A stretch of 63,980 bases of DNA, counting the filler, from Porpidia crustulata (taxonomy: Eukaryota), in assembly GCA_964255105.1 (NCBI GenBank). It is 7 parts of 7 records of this genome, joined end to end, with 100 filler letters (N's around TTAATTAATTAA, not from the genome) between each part and the next. Parts side by side here need not be neighbours in the genome. Positions count along the whole stretch, not along the records: positions 46,261 to 55,405 come from CAXUWE010000987.1; positions 55,506 to 63,980 come from CAXUWE010001105.1; 5 more parts are not named here. One strand, written 5' to 3'. Both the position numbers and the translations under genes were made by a program. Shown here piece after piece: positions 49,440-62,342 of the stretch. Every line of letters begins with the position of its first letter. Positions within the stretch are counted from its first letter, which is position 1. The notes under the pieces are model-generated. The model saw nothing but the letters and a program-made list of their open reading frames with translations. It was not told the origin of the DNA and made no database searches.

Positions 49440-50792
49440 TCAATCAGTTATACTGGGTTCGAAAGGATGGATGGGATAAATTACATATCTTGGCTGTTCC
49501 ATCCTAAGTATATCGTCCGGTTCTTCTGCAGGTGGAAGCGAGCGGCTCTCTGCAACAATATGTGTCTTGGAAGGAAGCTGTACTGGCATTGATGTTGATG
49601 GAGAATTGCTAGGGTCCAAGTCCAATTTGTTCCTTAATAGTCCTTGCTTTGCTCCGAGGTTCTGAGGTTCTTGGAACAGATTTATAGTCACCGCTTCATT
49701 GATCAGATCTAATACCCTACCTCTCCTTGTGAACATCTGGTGAAACCGCTGGGCTTTCATAGCCACTGGTCCAAAGCGTTTTCTTCCACGACTAGCATTC
49801 GTAGTGGACCCAAGAAAGCCACTGCCTGGTGTCCAGCTAGAAGTTCTGATATTTGAAGGTGTGGCGGGCGGACGTAGACTACCGGAATTGGTAAGATTAA
49901 TGTCACCATTTTCAGTTCGGGTTTTTTGTTGATCCTTTCTTGTAGCTGCTATACGATTCGTGGACTTGGCAGGTCTACGCTTTGACGTTCTTGGATTATG
50001 TAAAGAAGATATCTGAGCTTTGACAGGAGCTTTAAGGAGGCTCGAGCTTTCCGAATCAATTATCTCATCCTGAAGAATAGTCAGCTCCTAGTCTTCATTC
50101 TCGAGACAACCTAAATCACTACCAATCCTGGAAAAACCCCTACTTAGCATGATAGATACTGCAAAGAATTGGCTCACCTCTGATGCAGTAGAAAAGGCCC
50201 TCTCGATAGGAACTCCCTGCACAAGAACAAGGCCCTCAACCGGAGCTCGTCTAGGACTTTTCTTCCCGTTGGAAGGTTTCTTCTCCTCTGCATTCACTGT
50301 CTTACCCCGTATAGCTCGCCTTGACGTTCTTTCGATGATTTCTGGACGAGCCGGCTGAACAACTTTCGGACGTGACGACGGAGGTGTCTGTTCGCCAAAG
50401 TCTGCCATTTGCTGCCTGATGCTAGCTTGTGAGCTCGGCCGGCCTTTCGCCTTTTTCGAGTATGTATGTACTATCTTAGCGGATTTGGGACGAAAGCCCT
50501 CGAGACCAGGAGCGATGTCATGGTGCAGTCTATCGCTTTGACTGGATTTCCCTTTTGTGACGGCCGAATGATGAGGAATCAGCGCTAGTCCCTCACTCGA
50601 TACGTTCGCTCGCAAGGTATGGGGTTGGCTTAGGCTCTCAGCATTCTGAACACAATCAGGTACCACTGCTGCTTTCCTTCGAGATCGCACCACGTCTCGA
50701 AGAAAATCTTGAACGCTCAGACGCTCATCAGGTCCAATCAAAAAGTGCTTGATAGACACGACTGGAAGTGAAGATTGCACGCATGGAAGCAT
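49440..50792 (-). CDS. Hypothetical basic, low-complexity protein; exons 50792-50178, 50069-49440 (3' end uncertain)
   Basis: A GTGAGC..CAG intron joins ORF 50088-50936 in frame to an open stretch that includes ORF 49440-49766. No recognisable domain. Confidence 0.5.
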
Positions 50793-51302
50793 AAGTGAGA
50801 TGCAATGATTTTGCGACTGATTGGAAATCCGAAGAGTACTTCGACGCGATGTGTGGAAACGTAAAAAGTTAGATGGAACGAAATTGTCGTAGATCGTAAT
50901 AGGTACATCTTTCACATAACAGAAAGGACCAAGCATAATTCAGTGCTTTTCGAGGTAGGAAACTACATTACCGTTGCCTTCGCGTCCGGGCTTGCGTTGG
51001 ATTTTCATCTCACCTTGAATCGTAACATGAATAATCGAGACAAAAGATTATTGCTACAGCAAGGAAACCTAGTATCTTATTCTACAAGGACACAGTAAGA
51101 AACCAGAGAGTATTCGAAAATTCACACTGTGGCTACCAAGTCTATGAATCGCTAAAGATAAAAATTCTAGAGCTTGATTTTTCACCTTTCACAGCAGACG
51201 ACGTGGAGTAAATGAACCTGGCCTTGTGTGTACGTCGTTCATTAATGCTCTTTTACTATGCAGTAAACGCAGGGCCAACGACCGTAGTCAATGTCTAATG
51301 CT

Positions 51303-52573
51303 CTACAAGAAGTAATCAGGCGTACGCCGTGATACCATCGGCTCTCCTGCTCTAGGGCAAGGGTCAAATTGTAAGCTGGGCATCGTTAGCTATTGCCTGG
51401 AAGGAGGGAATAACGATAACCTACAAGGTGTACTTTAGGTGTTCGTCGATCTCCATAATAGCGGCCTGATTCCCACATCTATAGCAGTAATTTGGAGCTA
51501 TACATCTTGTTAGATATAATACGGGATCCTCCTTGAAGTCCTTACCTGAAAAGATCGTAACTACGTTTCTGTCTTGACTCCAATTATATCCCTCCATCAC
51601 GAGCTGATGCGCCCTTGCTACCAGTGTCAATCCATTATTGTGGTTAAAGGCTTCCGATATATCCTGCCCAAATGTATAACCTGCGCCTCGAGGACTTATA
51701 CCCCAACCACACCTATCATCGGGATCACTCCATAGCAAATCGCACATCGGTCCTTCGTGTGGTACCTCTTGAATTCTGTCCAATGCTCGTATATTATCGA
51801 GGGTATCGATACTCGGAGATAATCCTCCGTGTAAGCAGAATATTTGATTGTCTATAAGGGCGGTCAAGGGCAGGTAGTCGAACAGGTCAGTGAAGAATTT
51901 CCAGACATTCGCATTGCCGTATTTACGAAGGCATTCGTCGTAAAAGCCGTAGACTTGTGTGATTTGGCGGGACTCGTGGTTCCCGCGAAGGATGGTGATG
52001 CGTTGTGGATATCGGATTTTCAGAGCGACTAGGAGCGTCACCGTTTCGACAGAATAGTAGCCTCGGTCAACGTAATCGCCTGCACAAGGCTCTCTTAGTA
52101 CATGGTACTGTAGAAGAGGGACTGACATATTCACCCATGAAAAGATAATTCGTGTCAGGGTTGGGCCCGCCGATTCGGAATAGCTCCATCAAATCATGAA
52201 ATTGCCCGTGAATGTCTCCGCATACCGTCACTGGGCATTTCTATTTGTCAATGGTAAGCATGTATAACGCAGCGATTTTGACATCTCTTAGAGGGACGTA
52301 GGACCATACCACGGGTTGCACGTTTGATTCGTCTTGTAGTACCTCTCTAGCCTTTTGTGAACGCGCAATGTCAGCGGCAGTACTCGATGAATGCAAATAG
52401 AAGTAACATACTCTTTCACATAATCTCTGTACATCGTTTTCAGCTAATTGTTTGCAGCTCATAAGGCTTTCTATCCATCCATCTAGCGTTGGTATCGAGG
52501 CCGGCTCCGTTGCAGGTGAAAGTCGATGCGGCTCTGGCAACTTCCCCACATCCACATCCATTTTTGAATCCAT
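51303..52573 (-). CDS. PPH21: Protein phosphatase 2A catalytic subunit; exons 52573-52412, 52351-52310, 52240-52135, 52079-51546, 51497-51425, 51375-51303
   Basis: [33 protein letters not shown], and the invariant C-terminus TPDYFL. Confidence 0.97.
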
Positions 52574-53386
52574 AGCTAATCTTCAATGATGTGCCCTATC
52601 TACCAGTACTGAAGAGTGTAGCTGGGTGAGGATACAATAGCCTTAGCGATGGCAGTCGCGTGAGGTCTACAATGTCGAGAAAAGTAGAGGTTGGACGAGG
52701 TCGTGTCGAGGCTGTTTGAGTCGAGATCACCCCCTTCGAGTAAAGAGCATGTAAAATCTAATGCAACTGCGCCGAAAGCGTCAACAACCACGACTGTTCA
52801 GTGGAATCAAGGGTGTTCGTGGGTATTTGTGTCGTGCTCCTGCCAAACTGTTGCACAAGGTTCAGTAGGGCAGATTGAGAGGAAGCTCGTTTAGGGCCGG
52901 ATCAAGCCACAAACGCCACTATCAGATTCAACTTCACAGAAGTCACCTTGTCACCTTGACTCAAATGAGTCCAACTATATTCAACGAAAGACCTTTGATA
53001 TATGGTGCACGCTGATATTCAGATCTCGCTCCAGTCAATGTTCAACCTCAACTTCTGTCATTACTGCAAATCTAGATCTTTTGTTAATAATGATTGAGAG
53101 ATGTAAGCATCAAGCCAGTCGATCTATCCTTTGCCAAGGAACCACGGCCGTTCGCTGCCGAATCCAGGGACTTGGCAATGCTTTTTGCTAGTAGAGGTCT
53201 GAAATCACGATTTGCCCTAACCTTAGATGATCTAAATCGTAGAGGGCTATGTCCCGCTGTGGAGCACGCGGGGTAACAATTTTTTGAAAAAAATTGAAGC
53301 TTTCGAAATAACATTTATAGATCAACCTAGAATCGATGAAATCGACCTTTCATTTATTCCACGCCTTACTGACCGCTTAGACACGG

Positions 53387-54914
53387 ATGAATTCCATCAC
53401 TTCCTTCGAGCTGGAGCCCACTGGTCCCAAGCCAGCTCACTTGAGCAAGCAACCATCGAACCCCTCCGACGACAGATTTCGGCGAGCCACCAAAGAAGTA
53501 CAGGATCAATCGCACGTTGATCTTCCGTCTCCAACTACTGCACCAATTGCACAGCTGCAAAAATGGAACCATCCAAGAATCAACTTGTGGAGGACGCTGG
53601 CATGCTTTTTGGGGCTTCTCATCATGGGTGCTAATGACGCCGCGTATGGTGTGAGTGACCATGTAATCTGAGATTGATATTGAATTGACGCTTTTAGGCT
53701 ATCATTCCCTACGTACGAGCGCCTCTGCTGTTCTGATTAATCTCCTTGTCTAAGAATTTGTTCTAGCTTGAGGCCCAGTATAACGTCTCTTACACAGTGG
53801 TTTCCCTCGTCTTTCTTTCTCCAGTGGTAGGCTATGTTAGCGCCGCTATCTTCAACAATCGTATCCACATGTCGTTGGGACAGCGTGGTGTTGGCTACAT
53901 AGCGCCAGGGTCACGTCTTGCGGGCTACATTATCATCTCTCAGCATCCGCCGTTTGGGGCCCTCGTTATAGGCTTCATCCTTGCTGGATTTGGAAACGGT
54001 CTCGAAGACGCCGCGTGGAATGCCTACATCGGAAACATGCAGAGGGCAAATGAAATTTTGGGCTTCTTACATGGGTCCTACGGGCTGGGAGCTGTGCTGA
54101 GTCCCATCATCGCTACGGCTTTGGTAACCAAGGCCCACCTTCAATGGTTCACGTTTTACTACTTGATGATCGGGCTCGGGGTCTTCGAACTCGTCGCCGT
54201 TGTCGCAGCATTCTGGACTGAAACTGGCCAGAAGTACCGAGATGCAAACCCCAGAACCAGCGGGAAAAAGGGTGGGAGGACTCTGGAAGCCCTTAGCAAT
54301 AAGGTGGTCTGGGTTTGTGCCTGGTTCTTATTAGTATACGTTGGTATCGAGGTCGCATTAGGCGGCTGGGTGGTCGTGTACATGCGCATCGTCCGGCACG
54401 CCGCACCTTTACCCGCCGGTTCCAGCGCAACTGGTTTCTGGCTCGGCATCATGGTCGGACGATTAGTTCTAGGCTTCGTGACTGGTAGGATCGGGGAAAA
54501 ATTAGCTATCCTTGTATGTCCCAACCCCAGCCCATTTTCACCATCAACCCTCTAAGCCTCCTCTAGATCTACCTCTTCCTCGCCGTCGCTGCCCACCTCC
54601 TTTTCTGGCTCGTCCCCAACTTCCCCGCCTCGGCGACCGGCATCGCCATCGAAGGTTTCTTCATCGGCCCCCTATTCCCCGCAGCCGTCGTCGCGGCCAC
54701 AAAACTCCTCCCGAAACACTTGCACGTTGGGGGCATTGGCTTTGCGGCAGCGTTCGGAGCCGCGGGGGCAACGATCTTGCCCTTTGCGGTCGGGGCGATT
54801 GCGCAGGCTAGGGGGGTGTGGGTGTTGATGCCGATTGTACTGGCGATGTTGGTGGTGGACGCGGGAATCTGGAGTTTATTGCCGCGGCTCGGGAAGCAGA
54901 AGGGTGCGGATTGA
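53387..54914 (+). CDS. MFS transporter (Bsc6-like); exons 53387-53650, 53698-53712, 53767-54513, 54567-54914
   Basis: MGANDAAYG|AIIPY|LE, GFGNGLEDAAWN, GFLHGSYGLG, YVGIEVALGGW, GFWLGIMVGR. About 12 hydrophobic segments. Confidence 0.9.
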
Positions 54915-55405
54915 GGGTTGGCGCCGGAGACACGTGTGGCAGGAGAGTTCTGGGTACAGAAGGGCTTCGAAAAGTGGAAGCGGATGCCAATGCCCAGGCG
55001 CGGCTTGATAAGCCTAGCTGTGCCTGGACAGTACAATGCGGCATGAACAGAAGAGTAGAGACAGGGGCCAGGATCAAGAGCAATGGGAGATTCTGACGAG
55101 ACGAAATTATCATTTCAACTCACGGAACGATCGAAACTAAAGACCTAGATTTGCTGCACAGAAAGAAGCTAGGTAGATGCCACACATATATAGACAACTT
55201 GGAACGAATTCCACGTAGCGACGAAATTTGCTATATACAGCACGTCGGACTCTTCGTACAAAAACAGATTCCAGCCCGAGGTATCAGCTCCCCATGCGCT
55301 CAAAATGGATGCACGTACAAATCCCCTCCCAGAATCAATCGCAAGTACCGCTAAACACGACCAGCAACCCATTCCATTTTCTGCGATAAGCCACCCCCCC
55401 TAAGA

Positions 55406-55505
55406 NNNNNNNNNNNNNNNNNNNNNNNNNNNNNNNNNNNNNNNNNNNNTTAATTAATTAANNNNNNNNNNNNNNNNNNNNNNNNNNNNNNNNNNNNNNN
55501 NNNNN
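55406..55505. other. Artificial contig spacer
   Basis: 44N-TTAATTAATTAA-44N. Confidence 0.98.
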
Positions 55506-57180
55506 ATCATGGACGGCTTCTTTGGTTTTCTCCTCGCTATGCTCGGTGGCGTGCGAGACTTTGGCTTGGGCGTCGTTGATCGCTTCCTCGGCTTTTTTCA
55601 ACGGCGCGGTTTCTACTTGCGGCACCTCCGGCGCGGCGGGGAGGTCCTCGAACATGTACGGTCGTGCAATGTACCCGTGCATCCGCTCGCTCAGCCATCC
55701 TTTGGCACCGAGGTATTCTGGCGTGCCGCCTCTGATTTCTGTAAAGGCTTGGAGCACGAATGCGCCAAAGGCGATCACGAGCGCTGCGATGAGCAGGGAG
55801 AATGTGAGTTGGGCGGACTCGCTGCGACCGGGGAAGACGAGGACGTAGCACGGTTTGGAGGCTTTGTCTGAGGGGGGCGGGTAGGGTATCAGAGGGAATG
55901 TATGCACGACGATGGTGTTGGCGAAGGAGGTGGAGGCGAGTTTGAGGTATTGAGGAGGCGTGTCTTTCTGTATGGTTGTTGGAGGAGTGAATGTAGAAAA
56001 GGCGAGAGAGGTAATTTGGAGAGGGTGGACATTGTTGAGGAGGGAGTGTTTGCGGAATTGAGGACGGTTGAAGGGAGGAGCGGGAGAGTGATCCAGGATA
56101 AGGGTGGTAATTGAAAGATCGGTTCCAGCAATGGCGATGGCGTATTGGGTATTTTGTCTGGGGTCCGAGGGGCGTAGAGGAGTGACGGAGAAGGCGGTGG
56201 CCGACTTGATGGATTTGTGGAGTCGTTTGCGGAGGATAATCGTACCACTGAGCGACTTGTTCGAGATTTCAAGGAGGAGTAGTTCGGCGCCAGTGCGGTC
56301 GGGCTGATTCTGGAGGAGAAGAAGGAGGTCGGGTGTTAGGAAACGAAGGGAGCGAAACTTCGGCCGGGGTTTCGATGGGCTGATCTTGTAAAGGAGTTCG
56401 CTTTCTAGTGATTTGTTTCCCCTCTGCGATGAGACGCTGGAGAGGTAGACTTCGTAGTCGGTACAGTATGCAATTCGATAGACCTCTTCTTTGCGATAGA
56501 AAATATCCACATCCGCAGCTTCCACTCCCTTCCCCAGCCGTAAGGTCCCACAGACATCGTCCTTTCCTGGACTGGCTAAGCCTGCATTAAAGATAACAAT
56601 CTCTCCCTCGGGAGCAAGTCCCGTAGCTATTGCACCAAGTCGAGTATCAGACCTCTCGTCTCTCTCTGACAATCTCAGTATCCTTTGATATGTTTCCTTC
56701 TTTGTCGCAGTACTTGGCATGAACAAGGAGGCTCTACCTAGACCTATCGTCTCACCCTTGTAGTCTGAAGATGATTGGGCCCCTTTCTTCAGTGGGCGAT
56801 CCAGTCTAAAGGAGCGCAAGTGTTCGTTTCTACCTGCGTTCTGCAGCATAGAAGATGAATTTATCCCTGCCAAGGCGGTGACAGAGGAATCCGTGGAATG
56901 CGATATGGCGAGAGTGGTGACAGAATCTTCATATCGAGAAAGCTCGATGTCGACGAGTTCTGCCACAACATGCTTTCGAGACGTGTCTATGAGCGTCTAT
57001 GAAATAATCAGCACAGTCCAGAAAATGGCATAAAATACTTACGATCTTGTTCGCAACACCACTACGACCTTCTCCCCCACCGCCGCCAACGATTAAAAAC
57101 CCATTGTTCTGAGGGTCGAAGTCGGCCGCGTACAGAGGGTAGCTCAAAGTAAGCTTGGCATTAGCGATTGCAGGAGCCAT
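55506..57180 (-). CDS. SEC12: Sar1 guanine-nucleotide exchange factor Sec12 (PREB-like); exons 57180-57043, 56996-gap; 3' truncated
   Basis: YPLYAADF..VGGGGGEGRSGVANKI K-loop, ELSRYEDSVTTL, beta-propeller-like body, one TM segment near the C-terminus. Confidence 0.88.
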
Positions 57181-57645
57181 TACTATATACAGGGAAAAAC
57201 AGAAGGAACGCAGAAATAATTACTGGATGGTCATATTATTATGGTAGCAGTGAGTTCTGGGACTGGAAGAAAGACTGAGGAATTGTTGGACGTTGGTTGC
57301 GGAATGATTCCGTACCAGCTAATCCTCGCTTTGTGCCATTTGGACGCCCCCTCGGCCGGAACAGTCATCATCAGGGAATGCACGGTCAAAGATTCACTAC
57401 ATTGACAGGATCAAGATTTACAGCCATACTGTTACAATTCTATCTAATCATTGCTCATTGGTAAGACTAATCAAGAATGTTATCATGCGTTGTCCATGCA
57501 TCATCATCAAATGTCGTTGAACCATGATAGTCATCCCACAGTACCGCCCGCTCGTCTCTCTATATCATGCCGGTCCGCTCTCGATATAGCTTCGTCCTCC
57601 ACATGCAAGTTCTCATACGATGGCCTGCAATTCACCGAGACGCCC

Positions 57646-58716
57646 TTATTGTCCCAACATCAGTTTTCTTGCCACGACAAATTGACAGGGCATGACAGCA
57701 CGAACGCCCGGTCTTAACAGTTCCGCTTGCACTTTCTCACAGAGGTTCCGGACGGCTTCCTCTTTCCAGGCCAGCTCCCTGGTTAAAAGCCTAAGGCTTA
57801 TTGCCTCCAAACCCTCTAAAGCTGAGATGAGTGCCATCTTACCTGCTACCTTTTTTCGGGAATCCGTAGACCAAGTCCCCAATGGGACCTCGAAGACCTT
57901 AGACTTGACGATGCTCAAGCCAGCATTTTCTAGTATCGGCTCTTTCATATGTTCTAGGCCGACAGTAATTCCAGCTTTCTGAGCCGCGGATAGATAAGCT
58001 CCATTAAAGGCGCTTAGGTATGAGTCCGGGATTTCTTGGGCCAGTTTGATAGGCCCAAAATCTGCAATCTCGACAGAGCCACCGGGCCGAAGATGCGTAT
58101 TTACGGCAGCGTACAAAGGTCTCCAATCAGAGAACGCACCTGTAAGACCGCGGATGTGAATGAAGTCGAAGGGTTCTGTATATGTCCACTCCTCAAGTGC
58201 GTCATCGACCTCAAAGAAGACGTTGGGTGGCACCTCGGTAGGTTGAAACCCGGTGATATCAATGGCAACGACTTCTACCTGTGGGTATTTCTCGCCAACC
58301 GCTACTGCCCACTCCCCAGTTCCAGTCCCTATGTCGAGAATCCGTCTCGCGTCGTGTGGAATCCGAGTCATGCATAGTTGGCCGTCAAGGAGCGAGAGGA
58401 AAACCTGATGGGTGACGGAAAGGCGCGTCTGTTCGGCTTCATCATTGGGCAAGTAATAATTGTCGTTACAGTAGCGCCGGCCGTGCTCGAATACAAAATC
58501 CTGTTCGAGAAAGCTGCCGCTGAGAGATTTGGTAGAGTGCCTGCACCAATGAGCATGGTTCGGTATCTAAAAGTGAGGATACTGGGGACCAACTTACTGG
58601 GACTTTTCCGAGGTCGCGTCAGGAAATAAATCCGAGGATATGGTAGAGACTTCTCCTTCCTTGGTTTCGCTACCTTCTTGATTAAGCGTTGGGTCTATCT
58701 CTATCGGTTGGTCCAT
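57646..58716 (-). CDS. SAM-dependent methyltransferase, LaeA-like family; 2 exons
   Basis: Spliced FEHGRRYC..YYLPNDEAEQTRL, RILDIGTGTGEWA, PPNVFFEVDD, FDFIHIR, LRPGG. Confidence 0.92.
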
Positions 58717-59802
58717 TGTACGTGGTGTATCAATATCGGTAAACGAATAAGAAGCATGTGATTAACACTTGACGGGTAGGGCAGGCAAATGGCAGAACGT
58801 TGAGCAGAAATGAATGAAGAAACCCGTAGATCCGGGATATTTGTATCAAAGAGAAGCCTCGAGGATTCTTATTGGCATAAGATGACTATTAGTAGCAGCG
58901 ATAGTAGTAACAGAAACGACCGATGCTTAATGAGTGTGTACATAGATCAAAATATCATGTATATGACGATTGAGAAGATAGGCAAGAAAGAAACGGACAA
59001 ATCAAATGGCACCGAAGAAGATGAGACACTCGGACCTGGGACCCAGGAACTCCCAAGGGATCTTTATTAGTATCATCCTCTATTCTTACTTAAGAGGAAA
59101 TGCAATTCAGTGCCCGCGGGCCCGGCTCTGCTCTACCCAGCGACTCCCTAACCTCATGCACGGCTGTCGTGGCACCGAATGAGAGAAGTCGGACCTGCAG
59201 TAGTCTGCAGCGCACGATGGAGCAAGGGAACGAGGGAACCAATTCGACCAGGTACTTTAGCTCAAGTGCCAGAAAGACAACGGAGACCATTTTGTCCCAC
59301 GCTCCAGTGGTCCAACATTTATTTACATCTCTGAACTTGGCACGCTGGTGTCATTTAAGACAAATGTCTATCTTCTGTCTGCGAGACACATCTGAGCTAT
59401 CATGATCACCTTCGCAGCAACGGTCATCGGCTTGGCTGTGGTTCCATGGCACCATGGATAAAAACCCGGGGAATACATCCATCGCGCACAATGCAGAAGC
59501 GCGCTTATACTATCACGATGAAGTGCCGGTTACACTGATGTTTCAGACGGCTATTCTAAACCTACTCCGACGTTGGGTGCCTCTGCGCCAATCCCTCTGC
59601 AGCATCAACTGCGGGTCCCTTAGGCCCGCCTGTAACCGCTTCCCCGGCGAGCAGATGCTTGCGCACTCACTGCACGCAATCTTCAAAATACGCATCCTGT
59701 CTTTTTTTACAGCCATCGTGTAGGATGTGTGGTTCAAAAATACAATGCCCCTTTTCCCATGATTACCAGCGTTTCAGATAAGCACGAAACAAAGCGCATG
59801 CA

Positions 59803-61954
59803 TCAATCCGTCTCCTGTTGCGTGAACTCGGGTAGCTCCTTCTGCACGTCTTTCCACGTTTTTTGTCCTTCCACAATGCTTTTAATCGCCGCACATATCG
59901 TATTCTCGTCGGATCTGACCTGCTTGGTGCTATCTCGGTCGCGAAGGGTGAAAGTATTATCTTTGACAGACTGGAAATCGACGGTGATGCCAAGCGGTGT
60001 ACCGAGTTCATCGTTTCTCGAATATCGTTTGCCAATAGTCGCCGAGGAGTCGTCGACCCGGTTTGATATCCCAAGCTGTCGTAGTTTGTGACCCATGCGC
60101 TTGATCAAGGGTTTGAAATCGGGATGACCGGAGAGTGGAACGAGTAGTACTTTGGTTGGTGCGATTGGCGGAGGAAAGGATAAGACCTGTTCAGTATATC
60201 AGCCAGAATTACATCCGAGGCCGCAGAGATCCCCGTACACCTCGAGCTTCACTGCCTTCCCGCGACCAGTAAACATGCTCTAATAAGCTGTACAATATCC
60301 TGCCAATACCGAACGCAGGCTCAATGACGTTCGGCGTGTACTCCCTGCTGTGTTCTACTCTGGTTCGCTTCTCAATTTGGATCAAATCTTTACTAATTTC
60401 AACCTTGCCACCACTAACTCCGGGCACTTCGACATCTATCTTGCCCTCGTCGCGAAGCTTGAAAGATAGCTTCTCGCGAAGATCTTGAGAAAGTGCTTCT
60501 ACCGCCGCCTGCACCGCTTTGCCGTCTTTTTTGAACTTTGGGCCAAACTTCTTCTTGTCTAAATCCATTTGCCATTCTTCGATTGTCAATGGCTCACTCC
60601 TAGTTTCTCTAACGCAAAGAGGTGCGCCAGTTTTTTTGGAATGGACAGTAAGATCAAAGGCGCTTCGATCTGCACATCCGACACACTCAATCCAGCCGTA
60701 GCTCGTTAGTAGCTCAGCGTCCCAACAGTCTGCAGCATAATGTGCCATTTCGTTCTTCATATGTTGTCGGAAGCGCATTTTCGTTGGATCCACGCCTACC
60801 TTTATTAGGAACTGATGGATTCGCGTCATGAAATAACCCAGAGTTTCGCTATCGACCAGACCAGTCGACACTGCTTTACCAATTGCCATCTTTGTCACAT
60901 CTGTACGACCCTCAAGTTGAACTTTGCGGTCTAAGAGGACCAATTCAACATCTCTGATTTCGTTGAATCGTGGGTGCTTCTTCCCGCCTTCGGGGTCCAC
61001 GTAGTGTTCAATCTCAGCCATCAGAAACTCCCTTACGCGTAGCAGGCCAGCTCGCGGTGAAATTTCGTTACGAAAAGACTTGCCAATGCATGCAGAAGCA
61101 AAAGGCATGGAGTTTGAATTGAATTCGAGCAGTTTTTGAAAGGTCAAAAACTGGCCTTGAGCGGTTTCTGGTCGTAAATACCCAGCGAGATTGCTGCTGG
61201 GACCAATATTTGTCTGGAACATGAGGTTGAAAGCAACCGGCGGTTGTACGTCTCCACCTGTTGCAGGACTCTTGATGTTATGTTTGATGATCAATTGACC
61301 GAGCTCCTCGCCGTTATAGTTATCAAGTTTCGCAAGGGTTTCCTCGTACTCTTTGACCAAGGAGTCATCCAGCTTCGCGGCTTGGAGATCCTTGGCCTTT
61401 CTCTTCTTCTTTGCCTCCTTTTCCTCGTCAACCTCGACCGCTTGGCCTCTGGCCTCCTTATCAGCTTTCAGTCGTGACTCTAGCACTTCTTCTACTAGGT
61501 GGTCCGCCCTAAAGATGTCCCCATTCTTAGGATCTTTGCACATCCAATCTGCGAATTTAGCTACATGTCCACTTGTCTTCAATACCTCGGCAGGCGTTAG
61601 CATAGTGCAGTCAACCTCTAGCATGTCCTCTTCCAGCACGAAATGTTTTCGCCATAGATCAATAATATTTGCTTGTAATGAACAACCAGGCGGGCCATAA
61701 TCGTAGAGCCCAGCGACACCACCATAAACTTCGAACGCTGGTGTGAAAAATAACCGTCGGCGAAGGAGAGAGTCTAGTGTAGTCCGGTCCAGTGGTTGGC
61801 CTGTCATCGTGGTTGACGTAACCATGGCAGTGTTTGATTTCACAACTTGGAATTTCTGAAGGGATGTGCTTGTGGAGAAAGCCCTGGGGATAGAGAGCTT
61901 TGATGGTAACTTGCTTGCACTTAGATTGCGCAGCAGATTGCAAAGCAAGTTCAT
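59803..61954 (-). CDS. GRS1: Glycyl-tRNA synthetase (alpha2 type); exons 61954-60239, 60186-59803
   Basis: GLYDYGPPG, YLRPETAQGQF, FRNEISPRAGLLRVREF, VIEPAFGIGR, and anticodon-binding IGKRYSRNDELGTP. Confidence 0.97.
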
Positions 61955-62342
61955 AAACGAATGATATCAAAGTTATTCCGGACGCAAGATTTGGAAACCC
62001 AGATAAGTATCTGTTTGACTCTTGAGCATTCCGTCAGAATATCTATATCAGCCCTATCCGCTCAGACTTATAGGTACTCATCCGTCCTCTAATGGCACAC
62101 ACCCCCAGACATACACTAAACCAGAGAGCCCTAGCCCTAGTCAATGCTAAGATCTACGCTAGCCAATCCACGTTAGGTGTGTCATCTGGGGAGTGAACAT
62201 TAGTATTGTCATGCCGATCACCCACTTTAGGAATCTAATATAACCCCTCCAACCGTTCGCACAAGTCGTACAGGACCTCTTCAAGTCCTGAAGCTGCTTC
62301 ATCATTCCACACCAACCTATGTGCCATTAGGCCTCTAGTATC

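Noticed and set aside
42796..58716. Larger biosynthetic cluster of NRPS-like gene + MFS + LaeA-like methyltransferase
   Set aside because: Three different contigs. The MFS and methyltransferase are flanked by housekeeping genes.
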